Origin: Aplysia californica
Lineage: Eukaryota
Assembly: GCF_000002075.1 (NCBI RefSeq)
Contig: NW_004798006.1
Span: 254,994-318,993 of the forward strand
Reading direction: 5' to 3'
DNA length: 64,000 nucleotides
Numbering within the stretch: the first letter of the stretch is position 1; every line of letters starts with the position of its first letter. A program made the position numbers and the translations under genes. The notes below the pieces were generated by a model. That model had not been told where the DNA came from, did not search any database, and worked only from the letters and a program-made list of their open reading frames with translations. This document shows, one piece after another, positions 47,701 to 61,498 of this stretch.

Positions 47701-50700
47701 TCATACCAATAACCGCCACATGCCCAAAACTTGACGGGCGCCTGATTCCAATGGCGTCGTAACACACATTATAATCAAACCACCGAGCAGCAGCAGCAGC
47801 GACGAGGACTCACCAACTTGTACGGGGAAGAGGTTCTCGTCGTTGATCTGCGCCTCCACCCACTCCATGAGTAGAGTGATGTACTGTGGGGCGGGCAGGG
47901 CCGTCGGCTTCTTGTAGTTCACCCCGTCACACCAGTGGTACTCGTATCTGTCGACACAAGTTTGGGGGGGGGGGGGGGGGTTCAAAGTTTTAGTACAAGT
48001 TGTTTTTATTTTAGTTTTAGTATAAGTTTGGGTTGGTTTTTTTTATAGTTTTAGTAAAAGTTGTTTTTTTTATAGTTTTAGTAAAAGTTTTTTAAAAATA
48101 GTTTTTGTTTTTATTTTAGTTTTAGTATAAGTCGGGGTTTTTTAAAATAATTTTAGTACAAGTTTTTTTCTTTAAAAGTTTTATTACAAGTTACTGAAAA
48201 GTTTTAGTTCAAGTTTTAAAAAAAAAATAGTTTAAGTAAAAGTTTTAAGGCACTTGCAACACAAGTATGTCATACAAAGCCCAAAAAGTAGAGCTGTAAC
48301 AAGAGAGTAAAACATACAAAGATAAGGAGGAGAGACAAGGACAACAGATGTGCGATAGGAAAGAAGGAGCAAACCACACAGGAGCACCCGCCAACCACCG
48401 ACCTGATCAAACAAGGAAACATTCATTTCATGCTAGAAAAAAACACACACTGATACGTGCACGTACACGATTTTCTACAATATAAATCATATTTATACTT
48501 GATCAACCCAAATGTACCCCAGAAACAAGAAACATGTACAATCAATCTGAACTCCATCTTGTGACAGAAACCTCTCACCCATGCACAAATCAATCTAGAG
48601 GGGAGCTCTTTGTCTCAAAACTTTCTGTTTATGCTAATCATTATCCGGTGCCTTGCCGACTGGCGTGGGAGATCATGGACCTCCACTTCACTCTGTCTTG
48701 TGTTGCAGCAATGATGGTGTCTGTTGTTCTTGTTTATGCTAATAGCATTCTTAAAAATCCTGCTCATCACATCAGTGTTTCACTGGAACTACTAAGACGT
48801 ATCATGTCAGAGAAGCTCACAAAATACCAGAGGAGTTCGCTTTAACCGACATCAGTGGGACCGCCAGATTCTCTCTGTTTAGTTGTGTTTTCTGTTTAGA
48901 GAGGTAGCTCAAATAAAAGAGTTTATTATTTCCTTTCGGTTTATCGTTGTTTTCGGATAAACTCTTTATCTCCGTAGGGGGTAAACCCACTACGCCGGGG
49001 CCCCTATTTTGGTACTAAATCTAAAAATGACAAAAACGTCACTAAATGGGTCATTAAATCAAAACAAATCAAGCTATTTTGATAGTTCTTCTTCTAATGA
49101 TTGAACTCCCGATAAAAGAGACCTCTTTTCGGCAATTGCTGAAAAGTAACTTGATGTCAAAGTCGTCGTAAAGGAATGTGCCCGAGTCGCTGACCAGCTC
49201 ACCGGCACAGTGGTTCCGACCGCAAGCAGCTGGGAGCGGCTTGCCTGAGATAAAGAGTTAAGTAAGCTCGGTTTAAGCAGATCCACTGCCATATTGCGTT
49301 GACTTACTTAGGGCCCCCGGACATGGTTGGACACGTCTGTTCTGTGCAGTGCTCAAAAATTGTTCCATACAGCAGGTTGATGCGGTTGAAAAAATCCACC
49401 ACTGAAAAAAAAAATCATCAATTTCAATTTTTTTAAAAATAATAATCATTAAATTTATAAAGCACATGCCTACGTTCTACAGCGTGATCCAGGCATTTTA
49501 CAAGTACAGTTGAACCTGGTCTAATGGTCACCTGTGTTATAAGACAATGGTCTGTTCAAACGGCCATTTCTTATTCAGCCCCCGGGGCAGTGTTACTGAC
49601 TTGAAGTTGAAGTGTCTTTAGGCCATTCCCGAAAGGGGGACATTAACCATGTTCTTATGCACAGTAGAATTGTAATTGTAAATGGGCTGATTCATCAATG
49701 TCATGCTCATAACTGTGCCTGAACTTCAGCAGGGAACTGCTGCTTTTTCTTTCCCAATCCTTACTATCGTCATTTTTCCTCTACTTCTTTTCTATGTTCG
49801 TCACACTCTTGTGACCCGCTATCTCTGGGGTGCCTTGAAAGTCGAAGTAGACTTTGTGCTGTTGAAGCTAGAGAGATGAGCAGAGTACGTCTGATTCCCT
49901 GTAAGGACTTCTCTGTTGACATCCACCCCTTGGCGCTCATATGACGTTATAATGCAGTTGCGAGTGCCGTAAAACCTCCACTGAAACAAACAAAAACATT
50001 TCTCACCCCCCCCCCGCGCATTATTTTTTTGCTTTATAATAACATTGTGTTAGTCCTCAACCTGTCTAAGACAAACACTTTTCTCCTCAACAATGGGTGG
50101 CCATCTCAGACAATTTCCACTATAATATAATGTCAATGATTAGTCTAGTGTTCCACTCAAACAAACATAGCTAAAGTCATAGAAGTAGTCCTAAGACTAT
50201 ATGTAGATAGATACACTGTTGTGGATATTTGGCCACTTTTCACCATAATTATCGAGATTTACTCTGGGCGCGGGGGTCTCGTGCCGAGCACGGGGATCTA
50301 GTGCTGGGGAAGCTAACGTGGGCTTATATAAATATATATATATAATCGGGCACTCACGGCCTATGAGGGGACAGTCGGACATGAGAGAAGAGGAAGGGAC
50401 AGAACCATGGTCAACCCACTTTGCGTGAAATCTACTATGCACTACTCTTGTTCAAATAACCGTATCCAGCACCTACTGTAAGAGTTTCGTATTTGTTACT
50501 TCATATTGTTGGTTTAAAAATGTGGTAGTGCTGTGTCCCGTAACATACACATTTGTGCCCATACTATCTGAAGTAAAATAAAAGCTACAGCACTATCCCA
50601 AGGACTTAAAGCCTCTGATGGTGAAGGCACCGTACATTGATTTCACCGTAATGCCACACATTTGTGCCAGGACACGGTGGAATCAGGCGCTCGTCAATTA

Positions 50701-53700
50701 TTGGGCATGTGGAGTTATTGGTATCATCTTCAGAACTGTTCATCTGTTTTTTGCGTGGTAAAGGATGAAAAAAGAAATACCAATCTATCTTGAGTAGAAG
50801 TCGAGACATTTACAATTGAATGAGGAGGGGGTCGCCTGGTTTCAGATGTAAAATTAGCAGGAAAATGGCCGCCAAAATTGGTGACTTCCAAAGATTGAGA
50901 GTCCTAGGAAAAAGAAAATCTGCAATTTTTGTGCCTTTAATCAGCATGCCTCACTAAAATCAACACAAAAATGTGTTTTTAAATAAATATAACAAGGGTG
51001 TCGAGCCAAAGACCAAAATTAGAATAAAATTTCTAAACCGGCAGAAAAGTGACAGTTTCTTCGAGTTCAGTATTTTGACAAGCGCCTGATTTCACCACAA
51101 TGCCACACAAGATGCGATTTGTTCAGTGTGCAGTCTACATTCGATACATACCGTGAACAGCAACCCAGTCGTTGACATCCTCCCCTGGGGGCAACTTCAC
51201 CACTTCCTTCAGGTCAATTCCTGAATTCAACGACGCATTTGCTTGTTTGTGAAGATTGTATTTCAAGGTCCCACTTTCAAACCGCTTCTTCGGCCTGAAA
51301 GTCTGAGAAGAGAAGCAAGAATCCCGGGGTCATATTACCTCAGTATATCACTGGAACACGTGGATCATTTGAGCTGTATATATGGTTAAGCCCTTCACCT
51401 AACAGAATATACAAAAGATGCGAGTTCGATTCCTGAGTTCGGAGGCTTATTCCATTAAATGAGTATCTCACTTTTCTCTCGCAATTCTTGTAGCTCATTT
51501 AGCCCTAGCTGGACTCCATGGGCAAAGTCAAAGTAGCCTGCAGCTCGGTAAAATTACAGATTAGCTGACCACCTGCCGGGAATACTTTTATGGCCGGCTC
51601 TATTTCTCCAAACGATCAGGAAAATAAACTTGAACTTTATAAATAATAATAAAATAGATAGCATTTATACTGCGTATTTCTTTGATAACTGTAATTGTAC
51701 AACCTTTCACTGTTGTGCTGTCAATGATAATGTCCAATGTGTATCCTTTCTTGTACATAACAATGATGACATGTTCTGTGCACTGCGTCATTGTTACAAA
51801 GCTTGTCATTCATATTACCATTATGAATGGAGTTCATAGTGTACAAAGTCTTTGTTTACTTTACTAAACAAATGGAATTTAAAGTCCATAATTTGCCTTG
51901 CTGCTGCTTATCTGTTTTTGTCATCACTGTTACACATACAAGAAATACAGTGGTTGCCAAACCAATAGACCCATATCTCCAAAACCGTACATCTCCTTGC
52001 TCTGATACTCTAGGAATATGAGCACTAAATGTCAATCTGTGACTGACAGAAAAGAGAGTCAAATTGGTAAGAAACATTTTTTTGCACCACTGAGTCTCAA
52101 GAGAGTCTCACATTTTGGCAATTGCTCATAAAGGAGTCCTATACTTCACAGCGCTCAGACCGCCGGTACTCACAGGTTCATTGACCGGTCACGAGGGCGA
52201 ACCTGTCAAGACGCTTTTGTAACTTCTTTTTCTTTTTTTTTTTCCACAAGCGACAGCAGAGGACAATTTTTAATATTGATTTATTTTCAAGGCGACACAG
52301 CTTTCATAATGCACAACCTGCATGTTACAAATGTTGCGTTTTCTATCAGACTATTACCGGAAAATTTCTGGGCGGTAACGAAAGCAGATCTTGATTCTTC
52401 CCGATCGAGCCTCGGTGTCACACATACACTTCCGTCACAGCGGTTCAATTACGTTTCCCTTTTACTTTTAGGATTCATCAACCATACAGTCTAGATAGCT
52501 GCACATTACACAGGCCCTATCCTTTCCCGACTTACCGACCCATCACAAAATTCATGACTTTTTCCTGACCTCCCGACCTATCTCAAAATTCCTGACTTTT
52601 TCCCGATTTCCCGACCCTGTGGGGACCCTGTCTATTGTATTGAGACTAAAATGCAACAAAAACACAAGTTATCAAGCCCCCCGTTTAGTTTTCAAGTATC
52701 CTTCCCCCCCCCTTTCCGGTTCACATAAGCGGGGCCTCGTTTGTAGCGCCCGAGGCGACCGATGGCTGATGACGTCACTCAGTGGAAATTTCCCAGCAGC
52801 AGGGCATTCACCCAGTACGCGCAAATGGCAATGTCGCTTTTTCCCTTAGTTACTCCCACATTTTTAAAGATTACGCGAAAACCGCTAAACACGGAAGCTT
52901 GAAATTTTAAGGGAAAAAGAAAAATGGTGCACAACATATCAGTCAGTTTGACAAATCACAGCTCCGAAAAATCTTCAAAGCGCACCACTTTCGCAAGCGT
53001 TTTCGACTGCTTCTAGGATGGGTATGTTGTCAAACTGCATACTACAAGATTTACCTCTTTTCTGATTGGCAGCCAAGTTTCATTCATATCCATTCACGAG
53101 AAGCGGCGTGAGAGCGAGTTGAAGACAACAACCTTCGCGTTAGTGCGTCCCACGAAACACACCCCCTGCGGGGGCCAAAAATCGCCAGAACAAAACGCGC
53201 TCGGTGGGCATTGCCACTGTTGTAAATAGTAGGGCCTACGGCGATTTTGTAGTTTCGTTCGTTAAAGTCAAGCAGGGGGGTTTCAGGGGGGCTTGCCCCC
53301 CTGACCTAAAAAAAATACGGAGGTGTGGGGGGTTCAGGGGGGCATGCCCCCCCTGAGTTTTGTCCTAATTTGATGTTTTGCAGTTAGGTTGCATCCCTGC
53401 TCTTTGTGTAGCCTAATTCAAATAGTATTTGGTCTTCAAGACTTCTGGATTTCTTCTCTGGATGTAAACAAATGGATCGTGGACTTTAACTTTAACGAAC
53501 GGAACTACAAGATCACCGGCACCGGGCCTACTTGTACAATCTAATATTTAGACCACCCGTTGGATCTACGTTCTACAAAATATTGCCTTACCTGGCATTA
53601 ACGTAGATCTAGCTCTAGTCTAGATCTTAGATCTAGAATCTAGATCTAGATTAGATTCTAGATTTTTTGGGACTTTTTTTGTCTTAGTCTTAGCAAATTG

Positions 53701-53915
53701 CCCTTTTTTTCACTTGCCTTGTGGGTTCGCTTTCTAACTATAACCATCCGCAGACTAGTAGATCTAGATTCTAGACCTATGAAACTGAGATAATTTATCA
53801 ATTGTTTGTGTCAAAGGCACACTCCTTAATTTATTGACCATGTTCCTCTTGATATCGAAAAACCTACCTTATCTTTCGTAAAGAATTGCTCTAAGGCTTG
53901 TCTGGCAGCAGCCAT
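41745..53915 (-). CDS. MOB3: MOB kinase activator 3; complement(join(41745..41774,43008..43094,45470..45585,47814..47947,49308..49401,51152..51302,53868..53915)), 660 nt, 219 aa
   Basis: [16 protein letters not shown]|[12 protein letters not shown]...[14 protein letters not shown]|[15 protein letters not shown]...CPTMSGGPK|YEYHW...|GKPFPRN...[16 protein letters not shown]...|[14 protein letters not shown]...KELEPL|REMTERICH. These features are MOB3-type rather than MOB1-type. All introns are GT-AG and phases close. Confidence 0.96.
41788..41955. repeat. (GATAA/GACAA)n microsatellite forming the pyrimidine tract of the last MOB3 acceptor
   Basis: Pentamer array ending about 13 nt from the exon boundary. 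Confidence 0.9.
43008..43094 (-). CDS. MOB3: MOB3 exon 6
   Basis: [29 protein letters not shown]. Confidence 0.96.
45470..45585 (-). CDS. MOB3: MOB3 exon 5
   Basis: [38 protein letters not shown]. Confidence 0.96.
46797..47146 (+). mobile_element. CORE-like tRNA-SINE inserted into a MITE (46650-47260, same MITE family as 3392-3655)
   Basis: Near-identical to the 19500 copy; its flanks join to reconstitute the 3392-3655 repeat. Confidence 0.85.
47814..47947 (-). CDS. MOB3: MOB3 exon 4
   Basis: [44 protein letters not shown]. Confidence 0.96.
49308..49401 (-). CDS. MOB3: MOB3 exon 3
   Basis: [30 protein letters not shown]. Confidence 0.96.
49508..50122. mobile_element. Tc1/mariner-like MITE (TA|CAGTTGAACCT) interrupted by a family B element; related fragments near 10150, 41300, 55105, 59440
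   Basis: TA-CAGT(C/T)GAACCT termini recur at several sites. Confidence 0.55.
49577..49985 (+). mobile_element. Family B ~400-nt retroposed element (other copies about 462-584 -, 16917-17268 -, 23637-24020 +, 33817-34077 -, 58128-58463 -)
   Basis: Dispersed near-identical copies beginning CCCCCGGGGC and ending GGCGCTCATATGACCTTATGCAGTTGCGAGYGCCGTAAAACC. Confidence 0.88.
51152..51302 (-). CDS. MOB3: MOB3 exon 2
   Basis: [50 protein letters not shown]. Confidence 0.96.
53868..53915 (-). CDS. MOB3: MOB3 exon 1
   Basis: caaaATGG; [16 protein letters not shown]; GTAGGT donor. Confidence 0.9.
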
Positions 53916-55276
53916 TTTGTTTACTTCAGACTTCAGCTAGCAAGAACATTTCCTTCCTGTTTCGCTATAGCCAGGGCTCTAAGTTAAAGAAATTGGTCAA
54001 GTTTAATTGAACTTATGCTTTTATTGAAATAAAAACAATGGATATTTTAAAGCTTTTCATTTTTTTCTGGGGAGCTAGATCTAGGCTGCATTGTCTTATT
54101 CCAAATATGATTAAGAAATCCCTTTTATTTCAATTACAAAGTTAACAAAGAAAGGTATCCCAACTGGCAATGTTTCCTGAACCATTGGATTGAATTGCCC
54201 ATCCCATCGCCTTGAATATCCTAGATTGATTACCAACGAAGAATGTTATAAATAGCCTGAAATTAGCAGAGCAGAACTGGTTAAATTGAAATTGTCACTT
54301 TAAAAAAGGACCATGCTCTTTAACTGCCGCCCCTCCTCCTCTCCTTCCCTCTTTTCCTTCTGGCCAGCCTAGTGTAAGTAAGGTCTGAAATATCAAGGAA
54401 TATCGACGTCAGGGGACATAGTCATATATATTAAGTCTAAGTCATTTCGCTAGCCTAGCCTATATTTCTCATCCTGGTCTCTTCACAGTAACACATTTTG
54501 TTCAGATTCTCTAAGCAAATTATTCTAGGTCTACCACTACCTATTATGCATTCCATTTTTCCCAGTGACAACAAGGTGTTCAAGCCAAGGACTTTCACTT
54601 TCTAATTTCGATTCGAGGAGTGAGTAATTTTAGGATTGCAGTTAATTAAGTTAAACGGTTCCTAACGCTTCATGGTGACCGCCCCACGCTGGGTCAACAG
54701 AATCGCCCTATATGACATCTCTGATAAATTTTCCTTGTTTTGTCATGGATATCACTTCGAAAGTCAGTATGATTAACGATGTCCATAGATCTATATTATG
54801 CTTAACACGTATGCCTTCCCCAATTACTTCCGGGTCTTTTCTATGCTGTGTTGTTTCCCTTTGCATGTAATCTAGCCCAGCTTAGGTTATAAAGCTCTGG
54901 TTATGTCATTCGGGTGGTGATCCAAGGGGACGCCACTCTGTTTATTTAGTTTCATTTTGGCACAAAATGCGAAACAAGGCAATAGGCTAGAGCTGAGTAA
55001 GGCAGAACTTGTTAAAGTGATATTTTCCCGGGGTCGATGAGACTCACATACCGCAAGTGGTAAGTCGTAAGTGGTACATTGAATTTGAATGATTGACCTC
55101 AGATACAGTCGAACCTGTGTAAGATGGCCACCCATTGTCAAGGAAAAAAGTGGCCGTAATTTATTGTAAGACAGGTGGCCTTCTTGTCTAGGCAAGACTT
55201 CTTTCAGTCAGATCAAGACATTTATAACAAAATTTACAAAGGCCACCTCTATTCTCACATAGTGCAGGCGAGTCTT

Positions 55277-55720
55277 GTGGCTATTCTCACCCGGTGCGCG
55301 TTCACCAAATTTTGCGTTCACCCTAAACCACAGAATTGTACACTGTGATAACAGAAAAATTGTAGAATTCTGTGCCTCTGTGCCGTGAACAAACGTTCCA
55401 TTACAACTAGCCTACTATTACTACTAAAAGCGTACAATTTTGTCTGTGGGCAGTGGAGAGAAAGAGAGAGAGGAGTAGCGCGAGAATTTCCGGCAAAACA
55501 AAATGGCAACCCGCGTAGTTCGGCTCGATTCGAAAAGTTAAATAGCCGTAGCATCTTTGTAGACAACCAAATTAATTTACTTTTGTGTTTTAACATCATT
55601 TTTTAACTTTGTTTTGGTCAATTTGATCGTCCACACCGATAGACAGTATTCAGAAAGAGACAGAGAGAAGAGGGGAGGAGTTGATGTTTCGAGAACTTCC
55701 GGGCGGGTGAGAATAGCCAC
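55277..55720. mobile_element. MITE-like element with perfect 17-bp TIR
   Basis: GTGGCTATTCTCACCCG ... CGGGTGAGAATAGCCAC; TSD unclear. Confidence 0.6.
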
Positions 55721-58700
55721 TTTCATTTACAAAAGTCAAAAGTGAAAAACCATTCCTTTCTGAGGTCACCGCATTGTTATTGTTGTTGTTGCTTTCCCTG
55801 GATTTTTTTTTTCTTTCGCTGGATTGTACTTTACTGGACCACCCGTCTCGGCCCGTGATTACTACTACGCACGCCTAGCCTAACTGCGCACTCATAATCT
55901 AGTATTCTAGTTCTTCTACTTCTACAACTACTACGTGTGGACAAAAGGTAGCCACAGTTCCGCGGGCAACTTCGCGCACAGTGCAAGCCAGCTGCGAGGT
56001 GAGCGAGAGGTGGTGGTTGAGGGTGGGTAGATCTAGGGGAATTAACTTTGGTGGACCACCGTGTATCATACCAACAGTGAGGGCGGGGGGGTAAGCCCCG
56101 GTTACACGCAACGAGAAATTGTATCTGATTCGTCGTATGAGAGAACTGTCCATTTTATCGAACTGTGTTGTCTGTTTACACGTTCCAATCTATCGTCCAG
56201 TTTTCTTTCCATCGAGGAGATTCCTCGTCATGTAGCCTCCATGTCTCTTTGACTCTTTGCGACGACAGTGATTTGCCTGCACTCTATGTGAAGGTTTCGA
56301 GCTCTAGACCTAATGAATGAAAGGCGAACACTGTACCTCTAGATCATGAGAACCCTCCCCTGTACATTTTGATAAAAATAGCAGAACAGTGTCTTTAGAA
56401 GTTTAGAAAAGGATGGCCATACTGTAGGCCTACCGTATTGTGTTTAAACGTAGAAGCTTTGACTTTGGTTTGACTGCAGATGTACAACGCACCGAGTGAC
56501 CTTGATGCACAGCTGCACCCTTGACGATCAACTAAATAATAAAATTGCTAAAATATACTTAAATAACGCACCAAATCAGGTTCTCCGCGAGCAACTTTGC
56601 TTATTTTGAGACGCTGATTCCGAATATATATGAAATCAGTTTTTACCTCTATCTATGATAATTATTTTTAAATTTTTTAGCCCAGGGCTCCCCTTTACGC
56701 ACATTTGTGCGTATATTACCCCTTAAACCTGCAAATTACCCCCTTAAAGTTTTGGTGGTGCGTGAGCTTTACTCTTTAAAATTTCGTTTCGTGGGTTTGT
56801 ATACGCTTTAAAACTTAGGTAGTGTGCGTCAGGCAAGCATCACTTCCCCCCTTCTCTGCCCCGAAGTCGAGTCAATGATTTAACAACACACCCACACACA
56901 TGACACCGCAGTCACCTTTTGTCTGTGACTCTGTGTCAGAAGCAGAAGACCTAGAATCTACTTATCTGAGCTGCGCGCAGTTCCCGGAGACACCGGCTTG
57001 CTTGAGCACAGAAGCTCCACCCAGATCAGCCTCTCTGGCCCAGGTTCTGGTCGCTCGCATTATATTTGCCGGTGTCGTGCCTTGAGTTTACCCCTGCCGT
57101 GGGCCGTGAGATTACCCCCATCCTTCTTTAACACACTAGATCTAGTAAACATGAATTGTCCACCATTGAACGACTGGGATGGCTCTGAAGAATAATGAAT
57201 TAGTTTATTTTCCTAACCTGCCACTCATCCCGATGTATTCGGGATATCTAGGTTTTTCACCCCAAATTTCAAGTATCTCGATTTTCCCAATTTTGATCCC
57301 GTGTATCCCGATTATTTTTTTTGTTCCGTCTATTGTGCCGGATTTTTTGTAAAATATTATTCTGTGGGAAGCATTTTCCTAAATGTCTATGTCGAATTTA
57401 GTTGTTTTGTTGGATCTTTGCAAGCCCATGTTGTTTCAAGTACATGTATAATGGAAGTAATATTATATTGGTTTGGCATTCCGACTTGGGGCATTCTCAA
57501 GACCTAGGCCTTAAATCATTTTCGCTTTTATTTTTGTTTCAACTCAGAATTCTCCGATGGTGGCCTGATTGATAGCTGTTTAGTTTAAATTGCGACACAC
57601 AAATTATCAATACATGTATTATTCGTAGTTCTGCTATTACTTTCAAAACAAGCTTTATCCGAGTTCTGGTTAATCGGGCCCGTCATCAAGACCCTTCAGT
57701 AAAACTCTTTCAGTCGTGCTTTGGCACCACGTGACATGTCTCCCACCAAAGTGAGTTCCGCGTGTGTCGGGGACCGTTGACGGGGTCAATTAAGTTCAGG
57801 CACACCGGCTGAAGCGTCTTTCGGGACTTATCCGGGGGGAGGGGGGCGCATGTAAAATACCAAAACTAGGAGAGCTTGAATTGATACTTCAGGATTTTAA
57901 AAAAATAAAGGTAAAACACACACAGGCTTGCACACACACACTCACCTCCCCCCCTCCCAACACNNNNNNNNNNNNNNNNNNNNNNNNNNNNNNNNNNNNN
58001 NNNNNNNNNNNNNNNNNNNNNNNNNNNNNNNNNNNNNNNNNNNNNNNNNNNNNNNNNNNNNNNNNNNNNNNNNNNNNNNNNNNNNNNNNNNNNNNNNNNN
58101 NNNNNNNNNNNNNNNNNNNNNNNNNNNAAGGGGTGGATGTCAACAGAGAAGTCCTTACAGGGAATCAGACTTACTCTGCTCACCTCTCTGGCTTCAACAG
58201 CACAAAGTCTGCTTCGACTATCAAGGCACCCCGGAAATAGCGGGTCACAAGAGTGTGACAAACATACAAAAGAAGTAGAGGAAAATGATGATAGTAAGGA
58301 TTAGGAAAGAAAAAACAGCAGTTCCCTGTTGTAGTTCAGGCACAGTTGAGTATGACATTGTTACATCAGCCCATTTACAATCCTACTGAGCACTAGAACG
58401 AGAAATGTCCCCCCTTTGGGAATGGCCTAAAGACATTTCAGTCTGTGGCACCGCCCCGGGGTGATCCTGACTTTTAGATTTCATAGATTGGCAGGTCTGA
58501 TTTTCTTTGTGCATTACAGTTGGAATTGATCCCTTTTGTTTTGTCAACTTTATTTTATTTTTTATTGGCTCAACCACCACCACCCTTCCCCCCTCCAAAT
58601 GGACACAACTCTAATGGTAGTCAATATTACTCATTTATTTTCTTGCTGTTACAAAGAAACCTTAAGTTAATTAAAAAATTGTTAGCATTCAATCATAGTA

Positions 58701-61315
58701 ATGGTCACTCTGTGTGTGTCTGTGTGAATGTGCGTGCGCGCGAGTTAAATGTTTTCTTTCATGCAAAAATTCTTACTATTAAATAAGGAGATAATTGACT
58801 TTTACCCTCTAAGTTTCTAAAACAAGGGTTTAAATACCCCTTAAGACAAAAAACCAAAGGGTGAAGAAACCTCTTAAGTTGGTCTGAAAAGGGGAGCCCT
58901 GGCCCTGAGTTTAGTTCTGCACGGTGGCAAATTTTAAATCTACGTCACAGCGCGTCTCCCTCAAGTCTGACCATGATCGCACGGAAAATATCAAGCAGCG
59001 CTTGATTTCTCGATCGAGTCTCCAAACCATCGTTCAAACGTTCAAATTTTCATTATTTTGTACAATTTTGCGGTTACACCTAACGATTTATAATCGTATG
59101 ATCGCTATACCGTCCAGTTTTTGTACAGTTAAAATCGTTACGTGTAATAGGGCCTTTAGTCTTCTTCTCAGTTTACGTAGTGTACAGCATCAGATTCAGA
59201 ATCAATCTGTGTGGAAGAAGGGTGCTGCACAATCACAGACAACCGAACCGAACAGTTCTGCAAGTTGCAAAGAAAATAGTCTACTAATCCGAGTCGGCAG
59301 GCTTCCGTCATGCGATCGTGTTGTGTGTTAAAATATGGTGGCTGTGTTGGAGAGGTGCCCGTTTTACACTGTTAAATTATATAGAGAGAGAAAAAACGCA
59401 AGGGGGAAAATGGAAAGTGACCGTTTGTACAGGTGGCCATCATTGCAGGTTCCACTGCATTTCTGTCGTATTTTCAATATATCAGAAAAATATTCGGTAC
59501 AAGTGGATAGATCTAGTTGGAGAACGTTAGGACTACACTGATTATTCTCACCCGGGATACTGAGTCTCAAAAAAATTTTTACTGGTACTGAGGGTAAGTC
59601 TAAAGCCATCGTATTTCAGGTATATATGTAAATTTTTCATCAGGTTTCACAATTTTCATCAATTGCAATCTTTAAAAGTGTCTTATGTGCATAACTGTTG
59701 TCATCATACAGAATTGTACATTTTGACACAACATCTAGACAAGCTTTGAGCAATAAAATCCAATTACTACAGCTGAAATCGCTGGAAGGGGTTTCCTCCT
59801 GAAGACAAAGGAAGTAACATTTGTACGATGGAGTCATTACCGGAAAGGTACTTACTTTACGTCCATGAACGAAGCCCAAATTTGTCATCATCTTGATATA
59901 TGCACATAAGATGACCAATTAAAAGCGTACTTTTTAGACCGTGACTACTATTTTCGGCCTGGACTAGTAAACAAACTTACTTACAAAGTTCCTATCACCT
60001 CATTCGTGCATTGCCTTGGCATTTGAGCAAATGAAAAAGATAAAAAATGAAAATATAATTTCAATGTCATCAGTGTTATGCACGTCAGATTCTGGTGGTT
60101 GCCCGGGTGTAGGGACTGACTGGAATGCAAAATGCCGCCTGATGTGAAGTTTGAAAGTATATTCATGGAATAATTGGAAAGTAAAGGGATTCATCTTGTC
60201 AAAATCACTTTTTTTGTGTGTGACGTCAAAGCACCAAACTTTTACACCACTGACGTGGGAATTCCAAGATGTGCAGGGACAATTTTGTTTCAGTGAAGAG
60301 CGTTTCAAAGCGATTTAGGCTGTAGAAAATGCCAGACATCATAAATTCAGTAATTCCTTTTGTTTCATAAATGCCTAGAGCAATGTAAATTTGAATTAAA
60401 AAGAATGACTTCCTAAGATTGTTCAAATATTCTCTTCTTACGCTCATAACTATGATGACCAAAAATGTCTTCATAGTTATGCACAGAAGAAGTTTTTACT
60501 TTTATATTTAACAAAATTCTCAAGAAACTACTGTCCTCATACCTTAATATGGCAATTTTTAACTTAATATAGACAGACATTATACAAATTGATATCTCAA
60601 CAGTGGTGCTTCAAAAGAAGTGATTGGAAAAGAGAACTGTTTTGGTCAGGCTATCTGATGTGCATAACTATGATGACATGTTACATCAAATATCACAAAA
60701 TCAGGTGGGAATTTTCTTTTTCTTTTTTAAAGGTTTGATTCTGGCGTAAGAAGTAGTAGAGAAACTAACTTTAAACAATGGGGTTGTTCAAATTTTATCA
60801 CTAGTACTACTAGTAGTGTAGAGATTTCCTATCATCATAGTATGCACATCAGAATCCCAAAGTGACCATCTATCCTCTAAATTTCTTACAAAATATTTAT
60901 TTTGCTGCTGTAATTGCACTTATGAAAATAACACCAATTACGTCTACATGTATATTCATGGTATTGAAACGTAAATTAAGTAGTTTTTAATTTTTGACTT
61001 CATGACATGTCTAGGGGTACCAGGTTTTGGCTCAGGCTCCCCCATGGGTTTTTTTAGGTCAGGAGGACAAGCTTGCCCCTGAACCTCCCTTGCCTTTTTA
61101 AATACAAGTGAAATTTTGCTGCTCATTTTGTAGGCTAGATCTACTGAAAAACTTAAAACATTGATACCAATTATTTAAATCGGTATCGATATCCAGTACT
61201 TTGTGCTAGGCCTAGTGTGATTTTTTAGGCTAGTGCAGACCGGACCTCAATTTTGTACAGGCGTGCCTGCCCTGGACTGACTCATGACTCAGACTACCCC
61301 AGACTGTCCCTAAGA

Positions 61316-61498
61316 CTGTCCCCGTGGTTTTATGCACCCCGCATAATTAAGCAAAATTTGATCTTTTTTTTGCATAATTTCTGATTATTTTCCTTTATCA
61401 TTCTTTGTTAAAAATTAACAGAATCGCATAATTTCACTTTTTTGGGCTGTTTGCATAATTTCAGAATTTTTCTTGCATTTATAAAACGACGGGGACAG
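61316..61498 (+). mobile_element. ~180-bp MITE (second copy at about 24342-24521)
   Basis: TIRs TGTCCCCGTGGTTTTAT / ATAAAACGACGGGGACA; two highly similar copies. Confidence 0.75.

Larger units (their letters stand above)
42330..48402 (-). mobile_element. Family A copies in MOB3 introns (about 42330, 42555-42695, 42710-42850, 44018-44176, 44298-44458, 44660-44840, 45045-45177, 45188-45369, 48230-48402)
   Basis: Same consensus on the minus strand. The span also covers exons and other repeats. Confidence 0.85.

Noticed and set aside
53587-53598. U1 snRNA 5' end (CTTACCTGGC)
   Set aside because: No further U1 sequence follows. It is simply a minus-strand donor-like motif.
56683-58901. 2.2-kb hAT element with CAGGGCTCCCCTTT TIRs
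   Set aside because: The 14-bp inverted match is real, but the 8-bp flanks do not match and a gap lies inside, so a single element is not supported.
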